Source: Methanobacteriota archaeon
GTDB taxonomy: Archaea > Thermoplasmatota > Poseidoniia > MGIII > CG-Epi1
NCBI GenBank assembly: GCA_014240255.1
Contig: JAAZXG010000001.1
Span: forward strand, 26,463-90,462
Direction: 5' to 3'
DNA: 64,000 bases
The notes beneath the pieces are model-generated. The model was not told the DNA's origin. It saw nothing but the letters and a program-made list of their open reading frames with translations, and searched no databases. Below are positions 58,420 to 64,000 of this stretch, in pieces (the first letter of the stretch is position 1; each line of letters begins with the position of its first letter). Position numbers and translations under genes: made by a program.

Positions 58420-59010
58420 TTATTTATTCCACTCTAAGGCTTTATTAAGAAAATTTTCAAATAGCTCAGAACCATATTCTGTGTGCTCAACTTCGGGATG
58501 ATATTGAACACCTGCAAAAGGCAAGGTATCATGTTGAATAACCTGAACTTGACAAGCATCTGAAGAGGCCATCAACCTAAATCCTTCAGGTATCTCATAA
58601 ACTTCATCGTTGTGTGATTCCCACACATTAAATTCCTTAGGAAAATTAGCCAAAATCCAACCTTCCTCAATTAAAGTTAGAAGTGAAGAACCAAATTCAG
58701 GTATATCTGCTGGACCAGCTTTTCCACCAAAATGATTTGCCATATATTGGTGCCCTACACAAATGCCAAGAATTGGCCATTTTTGTGAATCAATATACTC
58801 TGATGTCAAACCTAAAGCCTCAGATTCAGTTTCAATTCTTGGAGCACCTCCTGACAATATAAGTGCCTTAAATCTTTCCAAATCATCTATTGGAGTTACA
58901 TTAGACACTATTTCAGCACGACAACCCAAATAATTTAGTACTCTATATTCTCTATGAGTCCATTGACCTCCATTGTCAACGACTGCTACCGGGAAATTTG
59001 AATATGGCAT
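58420..59010 (-). CDS. guaAA: GMP synthase subunit A (glutamine amidotransferase)
   Basis: Class-I GATase triad motifs GICVGHQ and YHPEV; 196 aa, as in split archaeal GuaA. Confidence 0.85.
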   Translation of the reverse strand: MPYSNFPVAVVDNGGQWTHREYRVLNYLGCRAEIVSNVTPIDDLERFKALILSGGAPRIETESEALGLTSEYIDSQKWPILGICVGHQYMANHFGGKAGPADIPEFGSSLLTLIEEGWILANFPKEFNVWESHNDEVYEIPEGFRLMASSDACQVQVIQHDTLPFAGVQYHPEVEHTEYGSELFENFLNKALEWNK

Positions 59011-59015
59011 GAATC

Positions 59016-61376
59016 TTAGTCTGGAACTTGGTTGTTAAGTCTTTCTAACCTACTTTCTCTGTCTGAAGTAAATTTATCAATTGCCTCCAAAACCCAACGT
59101 GGACTTAAATGAGCCTCATCTATTATTTGGTCTAAAGTACCGCCAGTTCTCCAATTATTGTCCCAATCAGGAGAAACGGAATATTCAGAAACAATACGAT
59201 TTGAAATCCAATTATTCATTATTCTAAGACCTGTGTTTGTAACGATCATAGAATCTGACCATTCTTTTTCGGAAATGATTGAATTCTTGTAAGACTTATC
59301 CTGCCGTTGAAACAATTCCCATGAAATTGCAGATACAATCTTTACATTATATTTTGAACTTATTTGATCTAAAATGGAGACAATCGTATTGGTAGAACTA
59401 GTCCCTCTAACAATTATCACACCTTCATGCGGCCTCTCGTCGTAATCCCTAATCAAATAAGCTCCTTTCGAAGCATCAAAATGACTCGCAATACCTAACT
59501 CTTCTCTATTAGGAATATCAATTGCAGGTCTTGTCAAATGTAAGGCCACAATAGGGACATCTGTTGAAAGTGCGGCAGCAAGAGCTGGAGCAACATCATT
59601 ATGTTCCCACGGATGTAAATTGATTATGTGGCCGTTTGGAAATAATTGTGTAACTCCTGGTGCAAAGATACCAAAATGTGTTCGACTATCTTCTGCAGTT
59701 TCAGGGCCTGAATGTCCAGCAACCCACAATAATTTACCAACTTTCATCTGTGAATCTTGAGCTAATTGACTGAATAAACGAATAGCTCCATATTTCAAAT
59801 AACTAAATGAACCATACGTACTAAATGAACCAATAAAACCGTTATAATCTTCTAATGTATCCTCATTAAAATTTACTGTTGATAAACCTGCCATCATACC
59901 TGCATTAGCAAACTCAGTAATTCCCTGTGGCATTAATGGTGAATTAGGATTAGTATGTTTGTCGTACATACCCAAATCATCTACTCCATCTCTACCTTTA
60001 GAAAAACCTGAGATATTCGTAGAGTCTGCTAAATCTGCAGACATTGCAACAAAAAGAGGACGCCCATAATTCTTTCGACTATGTGAATTAAGCCAAGAAG
60101 CTACTTTAGAAAATCCAACTCTATTTGGGGCTTTAGTGCCAGCTTCAGCAAATAAATCACTTGGATAATTATGGAAGTCAAATAATGCTTTATCGTTCAA
60201 TGGATTAGATTTAGTAAATTTAGAATTATCTATATCAGAAGGCACTGAATCTCCTAATTCAACAAGTCTATCTGCTAAATAATCAACTAATTCTTGATTA
60301 TCATTAAGAACTGAAATTACAGATTCGAAATAAGAAGCTGCTTGCTTTACCTGAGCTTCACGTGAAGAAGCTGATTCTTCACCAAAGTTGTCAAATGAAA
60401 TCTCATATTTCTTTGAAAAATCATCCTTTGTTTTCCAAAATAATTCAGAATTTCGCTTGTGAGGTGCTCCATGTGATTTTTCATCAAACTTATGATATCC
60501 ACGCCCCTTACGTGATTTTGCAAAAACCATTTTAGGAATATCGGATTTCGAATTAGTAACTAATAAATCATAATAAGCTTCTGTAAATGAAGCCCAATCT
60601 TCACAGTCTTCAGTACCTTCTACATGCCATCCACTTGTTTCAAATAATTCTTGTGGAGTCGATTTTACTATGTTACTGAATGGACGGCTGTCAATCCCGT
60701 AATCATTCCAATCAATATAGTATACTATATTTCCGAGGCCGAGGCCCCATGAAGAATTAAGCGTCTCATGAGTTACTCCAGTACTTAATCCACCTTCACC
60801 TTCAAAAGCGAAGACCTTAACCTGTTCAGTACCTGCTAATTTATGAGCTAAAGCTGCACCTGCTGCAGCTGGTGAACCATGACCACTTGGTCCTGTATTA
60901 AATTTGAAAAAAAGAGTCTTACCTTCCATCTCCGCATGTCCAGGTAAACCTTTATTCTGACGAAGAGTTAGTAAGTCTTCCCAAATAAGCTGAAACTCTT
61001 CACCATTCTTAACTAAATATTTTTGATCTTTAGTCTGTTTATATTTTATTCTTAATGACTCATTTAAAACAGCCAAGGTCGCGTATACCATTGGATTATC
61101 ATGCCCTGCAACTAAAACAAATCTATCTGCAAAACGCTTAGTTGGATCTCTAATATCCCATCGCATTGCTCCAGATAAAAGAGTAATAAGCATTCCATGA
61201 ACCTTTGAACGTGAGCCTCCAGGATGTCCACTCTGGCTTAAATTAAGAGTGATATCAATACACTGATCAATTAAATCCTTGGTAATTTCCCAATGTTTGT
61301 AACTATTTTTTAGAATTGATGGAGATTCCATACAAGTAAAGACAGAGGTGTGTATTTTTGAAGTTTCGGTCTTCAA
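59016..61376 (-). CDS. transketolase-family ThDP enzyme (unusually long, single chain)
   Basis: SGHPGG, AGHDNP, PGHAE, SHGAP, SADLADSTN and AEDSRTH motifs all present. GDG is replaced by GEG (FEGEGG). Confidence 0.8.
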   Translation of the reverse strand: MKTETSKIHTSVFTCMESPSILKNSYKHWEITKDLIDQCIDITLNLSQSGHPGGSRSKVHGMLITLLSGAMRWDIRDPTKRFADRFVLVAGHDNPMVYATLAVLNESLRIKYKQTKDQKYLVKNGEEFQLIWEDLLTLRQNKGLPGHAEMEGKTLFFKFNTGPSGHGSPAAAGAALAHKLAGTEQVKVFAFEGEGGLSTGVTHETLNSSWGLGLGNIVYYIDWNDYGIDSRPFSNIVKSTPQELFETSGWHVEGTEDCEDWASFTEAYYDLLVTNSKSDIPKMVFAKSRKGRGYHKFDEKSHGAPHKRNSELFWKTKDDFSKKYEISFDNFGEESASSREAQVKQAASYFESVISVLNDNQELVDYLADRLVELGDSVPSDIDNSKFTKSNPLNDKALFDFHNYPSDLFAEAGTKAPNRVGFSKVASWLNSHSRKNYGRPLFVAMSADLADSTNISGFSKGRDGVDDLGMYDKHTNPNSPLMPQGITEFANAGMMAGLSTVNFNEDTLEDYNGFIGSFSTYGSFSYLKYGAIRLFSQLAQDSQMKVGKLLWVAGHSGPETAEDSRTHFGIFAPGVTQLFPNGHIINLHPWEHNDVAPALAAALSTDVPIVALHLTRPAIDIPNREELGIASHFDASKGAYLIRDYDERPHEGVIIVRGTSSTNTIVSILDQISSKYNVKIVSAISWELFQRQDKSYKNSIISEKEWSDSMIVTNTGLRIMNNWISNRIVSEYSVSPDWDNNWRTGGTLDQIIDEAHLSPRWVLEAIDKFTSDRESRLERLNNQVPD

Positions 61377-61381
61377 AATAC

Positions 61382-62227
61382 CTAATCTTCAACTTGACGT
61401 GCTAAATAACCACGTGAGAATAATGTTTGTAATACGGCCCATATCATAAAAAATACAAGGACAGATAAAGCTTGTCCATATATTGTATTAAATTCGATAG
61501 AATTACTAAAACTGTCAGGAAGAATACTACCTAAGAAGTCATGAAAGAGGAAGGCCATTGAAGTCAAGGCTGTAGTCAAAGCTAATGTTAATACTAATGT
61601 AGTTAAAAACCACTGTAAAACGGTTTCAAATTCTTTAGAAAAATACATAACGCGAGCTAAACGACTATATCGTGTATGTCCATAACTTAATTCTAGATAT
61701 AATACAAAAGAAAAGACAAAACCAAGTATTGGATAAATTTGATCATTTGTATTGCCTACTAAACCAATAGGCATTACAAGTATTAAGAAAGCTGAAATAA
61801 CTTGATTACCAATTGAATTTTGCCAAATCCCTACCATACCTACAGTTATGGGTATTCCAATCCAAAACCATAAAAATAATTGTTGTGTGACATGATAAGG
61901 AAATGAATCATATCCTCTAAATGAAGATATAAATATTAAAAGGGTCGAAACAAAAATAAATAAAAGAAAATAATCGTATATTTTCTTATTCATACTCAAA
62001 AAAATATACGAAGTTCCTGTAAAAAGGCCCAATAGCATTCCAGCTACAATAGAATTATTTAATTCACTAAAAACCTCCTTCTGATAAATGCCTTCCACCA
62101 TTGTATTTATCGCCTTAAAAAATAATGAATCTTCAATTGGATTAATTACATATGCAAGACCTAAACAAGTCATAAGAGAAAATGTAGCTATAGCTTGCAT
62201 AAAAGACAAACTTCTGATTGTCCTCAT
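61382..62227 (-). CDS. hypothetical polytopic membrane protein
   Basis: 281 aa with about 7-8 helices. Its start shares 1 nt with the DUF58 gene stop. Confidence 0.5.
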   Translation of the reverse strand: MRTIRSLSFMQAIATFSLMTCLGLAYVINPIEDSLFFKAINTMVEGIYQKEVFSELNNSIVAGMLLGLFTGTSYIFLSMNKKIYDYFLLFIFVSTLLIFISSFRGYDSFPYHVTQQLFLWFWIGIPITVGMVGIWQNSIGNQVISAFLILVMPIGLVGNTNDQIYPILGFVFSFVLYLELSYGHTRYSRLARVMYFSKEFETVLQWFLTTLVLTLALTTALTSMAFLFHDFLGSILPDSFSNSIEFNTIYGQALSVLVFFMIWAVLQTLFSRGYLARQVED

Positions 62228-63474
62228 TAACGAATCACCTCAGCTAGAGAAGTAGACAATACCGTCTCAGGGTCCCAACGCATAGCTCTTGCTCCAAGTG
62301 ACCGAGCTTCTGTGATCTTGTTGTCTAATGAGGCTGAAGCTGTAAAATAAACAGTTGGAGATATTATTCTAGAATCTCTATCATAATTCAACGTATCTGG
62401 AGCTATTATTGTAAGTTTAAAACCTCTAGCTGTAATTTCTCTAAGTGCTTCCGTACTAGTAGAGTCATTTTCAAGTGTAGAAACTACCATTACTGGTGAG
62501 CGAGGAGTAAAATTACGTAAATCTCCAAGAATAGTATGTAAGCCCAATGCACCCTTAGCCTTTACCTCAGCTAAAGCGGTTAAAATACTATACAAATGCC
62601 TTTCACCAGTATCTGGATTTATCACTTTTACAGTTTCGCCATAGATGGTTAAACCAACTCTATTACGGGCTCTCAAAAAATAACTTACAAGTGAAGCTAT
62701 AGCCCTGCATGAATAATTTAAAGGATTTTGTAATACAGTACCTGTTCCTGTAATTTCACGAGCATCTAAAACAAGCATTATATCTGAAATATCTTCTCTT
62801 TCAAATTGATTAACCATTAATTTACGTGTTCTTCCAAAAACTCTCCAATTAATATTCTTAAAATCATCACCAGGTGAATATTCTCTTATACCATAAAATT
62901 CACCACTTGTACCTATCCTTCGAATTGGCATTGCGCCCTGATACATTTTAGGGAAATCTGTTGAAAGATCTACTCCATCAATCTGTTCCATTTGTGGTAA
63001 AACTACCAAACTTGACTTCGATTCAACATCTGCTTCATAATAAAATAAGAATGAAGGATTATAAATTCTAAGGCTAGGATTGCCAAGCCTAAACTGTCCC
63101 CTTAGTCTACAATTAAGATGATACTTATTGATAACTAATTCCTCTTTTTGAAGTCTAATAATAGTATGATTCGAACCACTATCAACCTCGACTTCTGAAG
63201 GTAAATTATCATATATTTCTAAAAAACCAACGGACCTGCCTTTGTTTTGAATTATTAAATCCACAGTAACTGGACTATTTTCAAAGACTTGTTCAGCATC
63301 AAAATCACGGGTTATCTTAACATCAATAGGCCTCGTATTAACCAAACTGTGTACTGCTACAAATCCCAATATTGTAGTTCCCAAAAGAAATAGTTGAAGA
63401 TTATCTATAAAGGGTGAAAAGAGAACTAATGTCGTTCCAAGACCAACGTAGACAACTGCCTTACGTGTCCACAT
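62227..63474 (-). CDS. DUF58-family (vWA-like) protein
   Basis: Two N-terminal TM helices and the signature GIREYSPGDDFKNINWRVFGRTRKLMVNQFERE. Confidence 0.8.
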   Translation of the reverse strand: MWTRKAVVYVGLGTTLVLFSPFIDNLQLFLLGTTILGFVAVHSLVNTRPIDVKITRDFDAEQVFENSPVTVDLIIQNKGRSVGFLEIYDNLPSEVEVDSGSNHTIIRLQKEELVINKYHLNCRLRGQFRLGNPSLRIYNPSFLFYYEADVESKSSLVVLPQMEQIDGVDLSTDFPKMYQGAMPIRRIGTSGEFYGIREYSPGDDFKNINWRVFGRTRKLMVNQFEREDISDIMLVLDAREITGTGTVLQNPLNYSCRAIASLVSYFLRARNRVGLTIYGETVKVINPDTGERHLYSILTALAEVKAKGALGLHTILGDLRNFTPRSPVMVVSTLENDSTSTEALREITARGFKLTIIAPDTLNYDRDSRIISPTVYFTASASLDNKITEARSLGARAMRWDPETVLSTSLAEVIR

Positions 63475-63482
63475 CTTTTAGA

Positions 63483-64000
63483 CTATTCCACTGTCACTGC
63501 CGGCACTTCAACCGTCATTAATAATTCAGATAGAATTTCTTCAATCTTAACACCACGTATTCGCGCTTCAGGTTTTAGAATAACTCTGTGGCCAAGAACG
63601 GGGATTGTTGCTCTTTTAACATCATCAGGTACTACATAATCTCTACCTGATAAAACTGCTAAAGCTCGTGATAATTTGAAAAGACCTAAACTTCCTCGAG
63701 GACTTGAGCCTACTGCAACTCTGTGATCTCTACGTGTTGATTGAACCAATTCTACAATATACCTCATTATTTCTTTCTTAACATATACATTTTCAATAGA
63801 ATCATGCATTGCAATTACCTTATCTGGTGTTGCCCTAGCCTTAACCTTGAATGAATCTTGTTTACGCTCTGAACGACCCTGAAGTATACCTGTTTCAACG
63901 TCCTCATCAGGATAACCTACACTCAATTTGATTAAAAAACGATCCATCTGTGCTTCAGGTAACGGATATGTTCCTTCATATTCAATTGGATTTTGTGTGG
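63483..64000 (-). CDS. MoxR-like AAA+ ATPase (C-terminal part; gene continues past the window end)
   Basis: The reading frame stays open beyond the listed Met (..[20 protein letters not shown]..), the MoxR sensor region. Confidence 0.85.
   Translation of the reverse strand, partial: TQNPIEYEGTYPLPEAQMDRFLIKLSVGYPDEDVETGILQGRSERKQDSFKVKARATPDKVIAMHDSIENVYVKKEIMRYIVELVQSTRRDHRVAVGSSPRGSLGLFKLSRALAVLSGRDYVVPDDVKRATIPVLGHRVILKPEARIRGVKIEEILSELLMTVEVPAVTVE

Noticed and set aside
1-64000. Looked for CRISPR arrays, tandem repeats, IS elements, toxin-antitoxin pairs and known defence genes.
   Set aside because: I saw no regularly spaced direct repeats, no transposase, integrase or Cas-like ORFs, and no small paired ORFs typical of TA modules. 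This was a by-eye search only; a repeat finder should confirm it.

Overview
AT-rich (about mid-30s % GC by eye, not computed), very gene-dense chromosomal segment of an archaeon. About 60 protein genes, one tRNA and one RNase P RNA; many gene junctions overlap by 1-4 nt. Archaeal hallmarks: TFB, PolD large subunit DP2, the aIF1A-Rio1-KH cluster, L10e, Gar1, RNase P protein Rpp21/Rnp4, archaeal-type DtdA, isopentenyl phosphate kinase, Nog1-type GTPase and a split GMP synthase. PolD plus FtsZ points to a euryarchaeote-type lineage. The aerobic heterotroph gene set and very large secreted proteins fit a marine planktonic Thermoplasmatota such as Marine Group II/III (Poseidoniales-like); that assignment is inference only. 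The metabolic genes are succinyl-CoA synthetase, succinate dehydrogenase, isocitrate dehydrogenase, urocanase, proline dehydrogenase, glycine cleavage, acyl-CoA dehydrogenase and methylmalonyl-CoA mutase. The secreted proteins are a 1799-aa surface protein, a 1047-aa subtilase and a BNR-repeat lipoprotein. I found no CRISPR array, transposase, integrase, toxin-antitoxin pair or recognisable defence system, so this looks like core chromosome rather than an accessory island. No clear novel system is demonstrated. The best leads are: (1) an MBL-fold hydrolase abutting a QueD/PTPS homolog that has lost all three Zn-ligand histidines; (2) a tandem ribbon-helix-helix protein directly upstream of ftsZ with a candidate operator palindrome; (3) the giant surface protein and the subtilase sharing a PS[FL]-hydrophobic-basic C-terminal signal; (4) two small zinc-ribbon proteins coupled to a 500-aa polytopic membrane protein; (5) a VanZ / zinc-metalloprotease lipoprotein / M23 peptidase trio. 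An RNase P RNA (45513-45809) explains two spurious ORFs in the supplied track.
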